A stretch of DNA of 64,000 nucleotides, from positions 1-64,000 of IMG/VR virus record IMGVR_UViG_3300010397_000044. One strand, written 5' to 3'. Below the pieces are notes generated by a model, which ran no database searches, was not told the origin of the DNA, and saw only the letters and a list, made by a program, of their open reading frames with translations. The DNA is from a virus. Within the stretch, counting starts at the first letter, position 1. Every line of letters begins with the position of its first letter. Positions 40,901-50,100 of this stretch are shown piece after piece. The position numbers and the translations under genes are program-made.

Positions 40901-43618
40901 AAACCTGAAACAATAACCATAAAACCACAAGAAGATGCCCTACAAATCAATGGCCCAAGCGGCCTACTTCAATATCCACAAGAAGGAATTGGAGGCGAAG
41001 GGAGTGGACGTGGAGGAGTGGAACCAAGCCAGCAAGGGGAAATCCCTACCGGAGAAGGTGGACAACAAGGACCACAAGCAGAAGGTGGCAGCAATGTTAG
41101 CAGCCAAGAAACGCCAATCGGGCCTCCTGGGAAAGAAGTAGCAAACGATGAGCTCCCTTTTGGTCATTTGCCAGTCGGTATTTCCCATGAACGGTTTTCC
41201 GATAGGGCGAATGCCGAATTAGGGCTTGCCCCTCCTGAACGCGGTGAAGGGGTAACCTTAGAGCAGGCTATTAACAAGGGAAGAGAATTGATAAAAGAAG
41301 GGGTAAATCCGGATGATGTAGTGGCGCAATTCAAAAAGGATGGGCGGATTGATTCGTCTGCCATGAGCGTAGTACGGGCTAAATACGAGCAATTGGTAAA
41401 AGAAACCAATTATGCAGAGGATAGATATGGGAAAGATAGTCCAGAATACAAAGACGCAGTAAACGAAGAATTGAAATGGAGGGATGAGGTCATTAAACCT
41501 ATGCAGACTGAATGGCATAAAATAGGCATGACCCAACAAGGCGTATCCGATTTGGATGCCGGAACGATCACGGGGATTCGTCGTGCCGTAAAAGAGGTAT
41601 CGGGTAAAGAGTTAACCCCCGAACAGGAAAAGAAGGCTAAGGAACTATCCGACAAGGTTAAATCCCTCACAGACAGAGACAAGCAATTGCAAGCCAAAAT
41701 AGACAAACTATTGTCGGAAAATGAGAAGCTAAAAGACGATAAGACTATAAAAGAAAAAGCTAAAAGTTTAGCAGATAAAATACGCAAAGGGAAGACCAAT
41801 CGCCCGGATTCTTTTTCGGCTGCTACGCCAGCGTCATTAATTTGGGATGCGGCGGTAGAAATAGTCGCAAGTACGGTAGAGGCAGGCGGCACGTTGGCGC
41901 AAGCTGTAGCCGATGGAGTAGCTCATATTAAAGAATCCGAATGGTATAAAGGACTGAATGATGAAGAAAAGAAGGTGGCCGAAAGTGAATTTACGGATGC
42001 CCATTTGGATGTTGAGCGACCAGAAAAGAATATGGCAGAAAGATTTGTGGCTAAAAAGGACAACAAATTTACTGCTGATGAAGCCAAAGATATATGGAGT
42101 TACATCAAAGACAATTATTTGGATAAGGGAACAGAAATCCCAGATGCTATAAAAAATACGGCTAATGATTTGGGCCTTAGCGCAGAACAAGTGATCCATG
42201 CAATGAGCACTCCTAAAGGCGCAAGAGAGATTACAACCGAAATGTTCAAAACGCAATACGAAAGGAGGAAGGCTATAAATTCAGCAAAATATTTTGTAGC
42301 CAATGCTGATAAATCTGCGGTGTCGAAAGCCTTGAACAAACTGCCGTCCATCTTCTTTAACCTGAAAACATGGGGCCACGGTACGGTAGGTAACATTACC
42401 CATGCCGGGCCTAATATCTTCCGCCCATCCACTTGGAAAGCATATTGGCCTAATGTAATGAAGTCGTTTGGTTTGGCATATGGGTCAACAGCCAATTATG
42501 AGAAAGCTATAACTATTTTAAAGGCAAGCCCAAATTTTACTGAGTGGTTGCAAGCTGGATTAGCCGCTGATCCGCAGAAGACATATGATGAATATCAATT
42601 ATTAGGCAAGCCAAAGAAGGACACAAAAACCGGGCAAGCTATCCAGTGGATGAACGAAACCGGTACCCGTGGTTTTGCTGGCCTCAATTTCATGCGGTAC
42701 GACATGGCCCAAATGCTATATAATAAGGCTTCGGATGCCGCAAAAGCTGATCCTGAATTTAGGCAATATGTCGCCGAATTGGTTAACCATGCAACCGGGC
42801 ATAGCGAATGGTCACACAAAGTACCCAAAGCCATAAAGGTCATAACCTTTGCACCGGGGTTGGAGTTGTCAAGATGGCAGCGTATGATAACCGACCCGGT
42901 AAAAGCAGGGAAAACGTTCCTTTCGTGGGATAAGTCTACAGATGCAGAAAAGGCAGCGGCTAAAATTGTGGCAGCTTCTGCCGGGGAAAAAATAGCAGTA
43001 TATGGGACTCTTCTGGCTGCCAATGCTGGACTATTGGCGGCAACTGGTTCAAAACAAAGCGTCAACGTATCCGATCCTACCAAAAGTGATTGGATGCGTT
43101 TCAAATTTGCCAATAAAACGTTAGACGTGAGCGGAAACGTATTATCGCCATATAGATTATTGGCTGTATTGGTGGGGCAGGCTTATTTAGCGAACACAGC
43201 AGACGCTAAAGATATTAAGGGAAAACCGGGCGATAAAGACGCCAATACTTTAACGCAACAAGCTAGATATAAGCTTTCCCCTATAGCTGGTACAGTGACC
43301 GATATTGGAACCGGAACAGATGCAATGGGTAACGTGCTGCCATGGTCAAATGTAAAACCGTCTGCTGGACGGCATAAGTTGACATGGAAGGAATTAATAG
43401 CTAAGGAAGCTCTTCCTATTCCTGTTGCGGCTGGTTTAGAAGCATACTGGCATTCAATGGAAGAAAATGGTATGTCGGAAAGTCAAATCAGTTCAATCAT
43501 GAATGGATTATTATTGTTTGGGGTGGAAGGATTGACTGGGGCTAAATTACAGCCAGATTATTCATTGGATAAGGACAAAGAAAAATCAAAAGCAAGAACA
43601 ACTTCAAGAGCTAAATGA
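37937..43618 (+). CDS. large internal virion/ejection protein
   Basis: 1893 aa, helical; N-terminal D(Y/F)DxFxKK repeats; hydrophobic patches. Confidence 0.7.
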   Translation: MVEEDVIEAPPIGDEQAPPTPPQDADEKLRALHSAVSHDYDIGDFDTFKKKLQDASKRKAFYDGIGNEYQLGSYDDFEKKIGFVTPPEHHVQHSSLQDIRHLNDIATAPIDLPQGTAAPINTDELYATKKKEKDAFASQLNAQSKMLGDQWGIDPKIAKQAVIDFPDENDEEKVKGFAQLYKDNPIYYRRLKDENDIRTAIAKSPTGGINDANIYNHLQDAQNYDQLQHNIGIQQELMTKSGLGQEYWEKMKQAKAPLINTLDPGLLHQYWNSQDHKLGLTDFQYAGLETLKMFQPELYKQYKSIIMENKGLDEGGNPRPEGQGKKGYEYDRGVENVLYSIERQGRQNTAQYISQHQVELGKQLEKVKNDYQTRINNSKDPEEQKALVEEFKANPLIAEAGKLEEGQQAIDYAQSEDQRRFPLNYSDMSTKLVKDAMDGTTGLIGNTGKFFEGVLTGAGQASDNTIRFIKNTFVNILGSESSKAAQHAKDIGHQSLTELANYEPSSYTGTQSPLLIPDDLKKSVQTIMDDSSLSNAEKEQNAISLVRDNFDNIKINPKAGQQNLTGKAALFTAANTLGQIIGIADQSLLMGGLLGNVTKVQQLTNALVPMYASTQNQLYEQALARGDEKPLLKSSIDAAIISLASLINPDYKVIKGMVGAETGLGKVIAGVDEATWNKVLSENSPIVSKLMAGTKATARQLGLANLQYGLIVPTAQYVVHKNVLNENANLGDMILDGMKQATISMAIPALAHGIWGGIRANQVNPQQKYALVEAGLHPQENIDLINGQIERGQIMPSEADKIKETIKQTGEILKNGEFIKTDGTPMNENEVADVVYNQLRKRALDGKLRNAADPNKPLIEAKIHEINQDISDLHTSDEQKHKTELNKLLTDNLDRIKKNMPAFEGPIRDAIAENRPEEVMQMIADQATETTKVDGKEVSSRSATEEIFGKELVAKAIEISKKKPEKPANIEPEAKPASISVIRPEQINKPETITIKPQEDALQINGPSGLLQYPQEGIGGEGSGRGGVEPSQQGEIPTGEGGQQGPQAEGGSNVSSQETPIGPPGKEVANDELPFGHLPVGISHERFSDRANAELGLAPPERGEGVTLEQAINKGRELIKEGVNPDDVVAQFKKDGRIDSSAMSVVRAKYEQLVKETNYAEDRYGKDSPEYKDAVNEELKWRDEVIKPMQTEWHKIGMTQQGVSDLDAGTITGIRRAVKEVSGKELTPEQEKKAKELSDKVKSLTDRDKQLQAKIDKLLSENEKLKDDKTIKEKAKSLADKIRKGKTNRPDSFSAATPASLIWDAAVEIVASTVEAGGTLAQAVADGVAHIKESEWYKGLNDEEKKVAESEFTDAHLDVERPEKNMAERFVAKKDNKFTADEAKDIWSYIKDNYLDKGTEIPDAIKNTANDLGLSAEQVIHAMSTPKGAREITTEMFKTQYERRKAINSAKYFVANADKSAVSKALNKLPSIFFNLKTWGHGTVGNITHAGPNIFRPSTWKAYWPNVMKSFGLAYGSTANYEKAITILKASPNFTEWLQAGLAADPQKTYDEYQLLGKPKKDTKTGQAIQWMNETGTRGFAGLNFMRYDMAQMLYNKASDAAKADPEFRQYVAELVNHATGHSEWSHKVPKAIKVITFAPGLELSRWQRMITDPVKAGKTFLSWDKSTDAEKAAAKIVAASAGEKIAVYGTLLAANAGLLAATGSKQSVNVSDPTKSDWMRFKFANKTLDVSGNVLSPYRLLAVLVGQAYLANTADAKDIKGKPGDKDANTLTQQARYKLSPIAGTVTDIGTGTDAMGNVLPWSNVKPSAGRHKLTWKELIAKEALPIPVAAGLEAYWHSMEENGMSESQISSIMNGLLLFGVEGLTGAKLQPDYSLDKDKEKSKARTTSRAK
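40935..41141 (+). CDS. nested small basic protein in the +1 frame of the 1893-aa gene
   Basis: MPYKSMAQAAYFNIHKKEL...VEEWNQASKGKSLPEKV resembles the common phage 'MPFKSxAQ...LPEKV' proteins. Confidence 0.6.
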   Translation: MPYKSMAQAAYFNIHKKELEAKGVDVEEWNQASKGKSLPEKVDNKDHKQKVAAMLAAKKRQSGLLGKK

Positions 43619-45702
43619 TAAAGATATATTATATATTAGACGGAGGCGGTGGGGGCGGAGAGGAGCCGGAACAGCCCAAGAACTACAAACCATTGACAAC
43701 TGCCCAACGTGGCGAATGGAATACATTTCTGGACTATTTGGGAAGTCAGGGTAATATAAATCTGGCTGATCCACAAGTAGGGACCAATTTCTTAAATCAA
43801 TACAAAAAAAACAATCCGAATTTCTCTATAACGCCTGACTTGTTGCCATCTATCCAATACGAACAATACCAATTCAGAAAGGGCAAAAAATTCGGAAATC
43901 TTGACGAAAATCAATTAAAATACATTCGTCAAGGTCTTCCACAGACATATTTGGCGAAGCCAGTAAGCCCCATAAATGGCATTATAAACCCTGAAACCGC
44001 CAAGCTTTATTATCCGCAAGTAGGTCAATATGGGACCGACTTAGAAGCTTATTATGATGCAAAAGTGGGTAAAAGTCCCGCAGTAGCACCCGTGACAACG
44101 AATGCTACTTTAGTAACCCCCATGGTCTATCCAGACAAGGACACACTAAGAAAGAAATATGGCGGTAATCCTTATCTGGCAGATCAAAATAGATACAATT
44201 GGGGCAATAAATTACAGAATGAATTTCCACTTACGGGGGGTAAAGTTAAAGATGCCGTGGTAGATGCGGCAAAATTTAATGGAGTAGACCCTGCATTGCT
44301 ATATAGTTCAGCGATGGAAGAGGGAATGTCAGGGTCGGTAGATGCAAAATATTCAGGGAACGCCAGCGAGGCATATGTAGATTGGGCCAAAAAAAATAAT
44401 GACATAGCGGAAGAGTACCCGGTAGATAGCTTTTATAATTATGGGTTAGACCAATTTTCCGGAATGGCCTCGGGTCTTGAAAAGAAGGGATATTTACCCA
44501 AAGGCTTTAAGGAAAGATTCACGACATTCCCAGCTGAAAATGAAAAAGGAGAGCAGATAAAAGCCTCTGCCTTTAAGAAAGACTCCGATGCCCTCATAGC
44601 TAAAAGCGCAATGATGAGGCTCGCTAAAGACCAGCTTAATGACCACTTATCCACAAATAACGTAAAACTAACCCCTAAACAACAAGAGTTTTTTCTTTTA
44701 GCTAATTATAATGGCGGGGAAGGACTTATGAAAAAAATGCTTCAGTCTTACAAAGAGAAAGGGTATCTGAAGGATGATAAGTTTCTAGACCCTAAATTTA
44801 AACCGGCATCCTATGGAGAAGTTTATAAACACGTTTTGGCCCGGTTGGAAAGTGCCAAACAACTTAAAGAGGAAAAATATTTTGAAGATGATAAAAAGCA
44901 AAGTGATTTCAAAAGTTACAAAATTGCAGACAACAATAACTCTAGTGATATAAGGAATGATGAGACTGTAAATAATTCAGAAAACGAAAGTCAGTCCGAC
45001 ATTGGCCCTATTTCATTTCTTAATTCATATTATGAAAGCCCTGAATTTAAAAGAAAATCGGGGGGAAATTATGAAGCTAACAAGTCTATATATAAAAAAG
45101 GGGCTCAAATGTATGTTCCAAAAATAGTTGAAAGTGATAAAGAAGGCAGTCATTCCGTAGGCCCTGACGAACTTTTTTATTCTAAAAGATTTGAAGAAAA
45201 AGGGAGTCCCACGGTAGTTTTAGATAAAAAACAAGCCAAGGATTTAAAATATGACCTTTTTAATGATGTGCTTCCGCATGAGTATGCACACACTACAAGA
45301 CGACTTAGTCCCAATGACGAACAAAAATTTATTTTAAAAAATAAAAACAATCTGGTAAAGACCCTTTTTGAATCTTATAAACAGGATTCCAGCGGGATGC
45401 AATCAGGTAAAACCTTTTCAGATTGGGCGCATACAATTGCGGACCATACACAACTGCCGGGGGAGAATTATTCTGATCTCAATTCATTAAGGTGGAATTT
45501 GTACAAAGCTGGTATTTATGACGCTAGAAAAGGGCAAATGAATGTCGAGCACCTTAAAAAGGCTATGTCCGACCCTAAATTAAAAGATAACGAATTGTTT
45601 AATAGGCTTTTAAAGTCTTTTTCTCCGGAAGATATAGTGGAGCTAAATAACACTGTAGCATCGACTAAACCGGAAAAAGACAAGGAAGGTTCGAACTCTT
45701 AA
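43615..45702 (+). CDS. virion protein with lytic-transglycosylase-like and HExxH domains
   Basis: AAKFNGVDPALLYSSAMEEG...LANYNGG, then PHEYAHT. Confidence 0.6.
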   Translation: MIKIYYILDGGGGGGEEPEQPKNYKPLTTAQRGEWNTFLDYLGSQGNINLADPQVGTNFLNQYKKNNPNFSITPDLLPSIQYEQYQFRKGKKFGNLDENQLKYIRQGLPQTYLAKPVSPINGIINPETAKLYYPQVGQYGTDLEAYYDAKVGKSPAVAPVTTNATLVTPMVYPDKDTLRKKYGGNPYLADQNRYNWGNKLQNEFPLTGGKVKDAVVDAAKFNGVDPALLYSSAMEEGMSGSVDAKYSGNASEAYVDWAKKNNDIAEEYPVDSFYNYGLDQFSGMASGLEKKGYLPKGFKERFTTFPAENEKGEQIKASAFKKDSDALIAKSAMMRLAKDQLNDHLSTNNVKLTPKQQEFFLLANYNGGEGLMKKMLQSYKEKGYLKDDKFLDPKFKPASYGEVYKHVLARLESAKQLKEEKYFEDDKKQSDFKSYKIADNNNSSDIRNDETVNNSENESQSDIGPISFLNSYYESPEFKRKSGGNYEANKSIYKKGAQMYVPKIVESDKEGSHSVGPDELFYSKRFEEKGSPTVVLDKKQAKDLKYDLFNDVLPHEYAHTTRRLSPNDEQKFILKNKNNLVKTLFESYKQDSSGMQSGKTFSDWAHTIADHTQLPGENYSDLNSLRWNLYKAGIYDARKGQMNVEHLKKAMSDPKLKDNELFNRLLKSFSPEDIVELNNTVASTKPEKDKEGSNS

Positions 45703-45749
45703 AGATTTGTAAATAAAAAACATTAATTTCGATAAACCTATTAAAAGTC

Positions 45750-46256
45750 ATGGCGTTAAGCCCCTCATTTACTCTTTCCGGGACATCTGATCCAAGTTCC
45801 CTGACCCTGACCGATACTAGTACCGGAACGGATGGCGCGGTCGTCGGCAGAAAGATAAATCTTTACGACGTTTCAAATAATTTATTTGGATCATCTCCCT
45901 ACGATTTCCCCAACTTCCCTGGCACGACCTCAATTACCATAAATCCTTTTTTAAAGGATAAATCCATTAACGTTGTTGTTACATGGGTTGACAATGTGGG
46001 AACCGTATTATATACCGCGTCTAAAATCTATGCTTCAACTGGATATGGGGAACAATTTTATTCCGGGCTCACAAGAAATTTAACCTCTCAGCCGGGTATA
46101 GCCAATGATCAACAATTCAGGGAGAACTTTAGTTGGTTGAGAACGCTGTTAGATTCAACCGTACTAGCCATCAATAACATGCAGGATATTATAGCAGCCC
46201 AAAACTGTATAGATCAATATAACGGAATGATTCAAAATCAAAACGATTTCTTCTAA
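45750..46256 (+). CDS. virion structural protein (fibre-docking candidate)
   Basis: LTLTDTSTG beta-rich N-terminus; first gene of the fibre module. Confidence 0.55.
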   Translation: MALSPSFTLSGTSDPSSLTLTDTSTGTDGAVVGRKINLYDVSNNLFGSSPYDFPNFPGTTSITINPFLKDKSINVVVTWVDNVGTVLYTASKIYASTGYGEQFYSGLTRNLTSQPGIANDQQFRENFSWLRTLLDSTVLAINNMQDIIAAQNCIDQYNGMIQNQNDFF

Positions 46257-47125
46257 TGGCATCTGAAAGAACACCAGCACAAATTTCATTAATTGCAGCC
46301 ATCTGTCAAACGTTGGCCGTTAATGATCGTGCATTTCAGAATGCCGTAAAAGGGTTTGCTTTGGATCAACGGTTAGCTCGTTACATCTACATGAACAGAA
46401 GGTCTTTGGATTATGTTCTTTCTGTAAATCCGTCCGACACAACCTTGCAGGCAATAGCTAATTACGTTTATGCCCTATGTTCACCATATATAGCGAGAGC
46501 GCAGCAAATTATAAATAACCTGCAAGTGGGATTGCCCGTATTAACGGGACCGACAGACCAAAGTACAACGGTTGGCAATAGCGCAACGTTTTCAGTTAGT
46601 GTGTCCGGAACAGGTCCGTTTATGTACCAATGGTATGTAGGCGGAGTGGTTATTGCCGGAGCAACAAGTGCATCATATATAAAAAGTAATGCACAGTTGT
46701 CGGATGACGGTAAATTATATTCGGTGCAAGTTACTAATGTCGCTGGTTCAGTGTTTAGTGGAACGGCAAAATTAAATGTTACATCTGCATATGTGGCCTT
46801 CTATTACTATGGTGATGTAGATTATAGTAGTGATTTAATGTCTGGCAATGATAGCGTACCCTATTTGGGAACATTCCCGGTCACGGCTGGGCAACCATTG
46901 AGCTTTACATGGCCTTCAGGAGCGGCGAACAATAAATACATAGTTGTAAAATATCCGGGGGCAGAATCCGTTAAAACGCAATACTCTAATCTGCCTTTGA
47001 ATAACGGGCTTATACCCAGTATAGCCTTTGAAAATGTCTCAACAATAGGATCATTTAAATACATATTCAGTCGAGGAGGAAATCCTTTCTCGATGAATAC
47101 GGCAAATGCATTAATTTTTAGTTGA
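46256..47125 (+). CDS. Ig-like domain structural protein
   Basis: PTDQSTTVGNSATFSVSVSG...YQWY...YSVQVTNVAG. Confidence 0.8.
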   Translation: MASERTPAQISLIAAICQTLAVNDRAFQNAVKGFALDQRLARYIYMNRRSLDYVLSVNPSDTTLQAIANYVYALCSPYIARAQQIINNLQVGLPVLTGPTDQSTTVGNSATFSVSVSGTGPFMYQWYVGGVVIAGATSASYIKSNAQLSDDGKLYSVQVTNVAGSVFSGTAKLNVTSAYVAFYYYGDVDYSSDLMSGNDSVPYLGTFPVTAGQPLSFTWPSGAANNKYIVVKYPGAESVKTQYSNLPLNNGLIPSIAFENVSTIGSFKYIFSRGGNPFSMNTANALIFS

Positions 47126-47142
47126 GCTAAAATGTAAACGAT

Positions 47143-50100
47143 ATGGCCCAAGCAGAAGGAAGGAGGTTGAAGAATAAATATCTTCCCCTCTTTCTGACAA
47201 TAATTCTAGTATTTATATATACGGTTTCGTTTTCACAAACGTTTAACCCATCTCTTCACGTCGTCGTTAATTCAGCAATAGGGGAAGCTCAAGCAGCGCC
47301 ACTGGATGCTCGTAGTATGTTTTATGATACGTCAAATTTTAGGTACCGCGCCTACCAAAATACTTCAGAAGTAAAATCATACTTAAATCTACCCAAATAC
47401 AGATTCGGCAACTTTCTTATCGTTGTAGACTCAGGGGGAATATTGCAGCCAAATGGAACATATGTCGGTGGAGTTAATACATTTTGGATGTTTAGGGATT
47501 CCACCGCAGATGCTAATTTAGTTAAACTCAACCTGACGGGAAGTTCGGGACCTTGTGTGGGCTGTCTTTTAGCTGCTAATAACCTAAATGATGTTGCTAA
47601 TAAACCGACAGCATTATCTAATTTAGGAATTGGGAGCATGGGTTTATTAAGTTCAACCGCAAGTGGAGATTTGAATGGCATTTGGCCCAATATTACAGTT
47701 CAGCGTTTTAATAATCAATTGCCGGCCTATTATCTAAATTATAATAACCTAACCAATCAACCCGTAATCCCTGCTCAAATAAACATTACAGACGCTGGTC
47801 TTTTCACGCATACCGGCACCTACCCTAACCTTACCTTTAATTCCAGGACTCCCGGATTCGAGGAGACTATAATTCAAAATAATGCATTATCGGGAGATAG
47901 AACTATAAACGGGGGAGCTTTTAATCTTTTGATTAGTGGCACGGGGGCGTTGGGAATTCCTGTTGGCACAACTGCGCAACGTCCATCATCCCCAGTTACT
48001 GGAATGTTGCGTTTTAATACAGACTCTCTGAAAAAGGAAACTTACAATGGGAGCACATGGGTAAGCGATGGAACGGGCGGCGGAGGCGGGGGTAGCGGGA
48101 TTACCGCCTTAACAGGAGATGGAACAGCTTCAGGAACGGGATCGGTTCCCTTTACGTTGGCAACTGTTAATAGTAACGTATTCGGGTCTAATACATTTTT
48201 GAAATTTGGAGTAAATGGGAAGGGCCTCGTTACTTCGGCGACTGCTGTAGTGAGCGGAGACATTACCAGTGCATTAGGGTATACCCCGTATAATTCAACA
48301 AACCCAGCTGGTTACATAACCGGTAATCAGTCTATTTCTTTTACCCCCAATGCAGGCGGAGACGTTACGGGATCGTCTTCGGGAACAACTTCTTTAACCC
48401 CTACACTTACGATAGGTAATAACAAGGTGACTTATGCTAAGATTCAAGCAGCTTCCGGAGCAGCCTTATTAGGAGCAACAGGAGCAGGTAATTATCAAGA
48501 AATAACATTAGGAACGGGCCTCTCTTTTGCGGGATCGGTTCTTAATGCAGCACCCGGCGGGGCAACAAACTCAAATATTGGTGCTGGTTTCCGTTGGGCC
48601 GTTCCCTCAACAAACAATATCAAGACTGCTTTCGGAAGCGCATTTATAGCATACGACTCAACCACTAACACTAATGCTTTAACAGCAAAGATAGCCAATG
48701 GAACGCCTAATTATCTTTTAGGGTGGGATGGGTCTGGCAATCCAGCAGCATTAAAACCAGATACACTTTTTTATGCCCAGTTAGGTCAACCCGGAGATTC
48801 TGTTGGATGGATAAACTCTCTTGGAGTGATTAATTTTAGATTAATGCGAGATTCGCTATCATTTCATCACATAACAAATCCAGATGGGAGCTGGACTTTT
48901 TATTCTGCTGCAACTGGTGATTCTGGTATTGTAGCCGGATATGGTATTTCTGTAAGTAGAATAGCCGCTAATAATAGAATTGTATTTGCAGATACTTCTA
49001 TTCCAAATGGAATAGCGCCGCGTCACGTTGTGATAGATACCGCATTTAATAGATTTGTGCGTACAGATTCTGTCAATATAAGATTCAGAAACCCTGACTT
49101 TAATACACAGCAAATATATTTAGATGCTGGAGTAGTAGCTGGGGTGTTTTACTATGACAACACGGATATAACCACAGCGGATGACAGCGTAATGACCTTC
49201 GTTACAAATCAAGGCAAAAGATGGAAGAGGTTAATCACTACGCCGTATATAAATGTAAAGTGGTTTGGTGCGCTGGGTAACGGGGCGCATAACGATATAC
49301 CCAATATTACCAAAGCTATAGCATGGTTAAATAACAATACTAATAGCCCTACAAGAGTATTGTATTTCCCGTCTGGCAATTATGTTATTAATAGTCCAAT
49401 CATTGTGGCTAGATTTAATGGCACAACATATTCTCAGGTTAATATGACATTGATGGGTCAGGCAAACGCTAAAAATTCCCCATCTCAATATACATCTGTA
49501 ATTACTCCTACATTCAATAATACATTTGCAATAGGTATTCAATTAGGAAAGGGGTGTAATATAGAAAACTTTAAAATATCCGGGCAATTCTCTTTCCCGA
49601 ATACTCTAAGTAATATTAGTGTTGATACATTAACTGAAGCTCAATGGACAGACGGATCGGCACGACAAAATACAGTTACTCCATATGCCGGTATCGCTAT
49701 TGATCCATTTTCCGACTCTTTATCTTATACCTCAAATTCGGATTTATATCCGGGACTTCATTCTTATTGCCCTGCTGGATTACCAAGGGCTGGTAGTACA
49801 GATATAAACATCAAAAACTGCAATATAACTCAATTCATAGTTGGGGTCATATTGTCTCCATCCAATCAGCAAAATGCTGACGAAATAAACATGGATCAAG
49901 TTAATATAGGGGGCAATAAAGTAGGATTCGCATTTTGTCAATCTCAATCTAAAGATTGTAATGTAACAAGGTTTATGGCTTGGGCACCAGTCTATAGCAT
50001 ATTTGATAATGCTACCTACGGGATTAGACATGGTGATGGTGCTGGTTCGCCAAATATAAATGGCGGCAACATAGCTTCTCAGGTATATCAGCTGGGTTAT

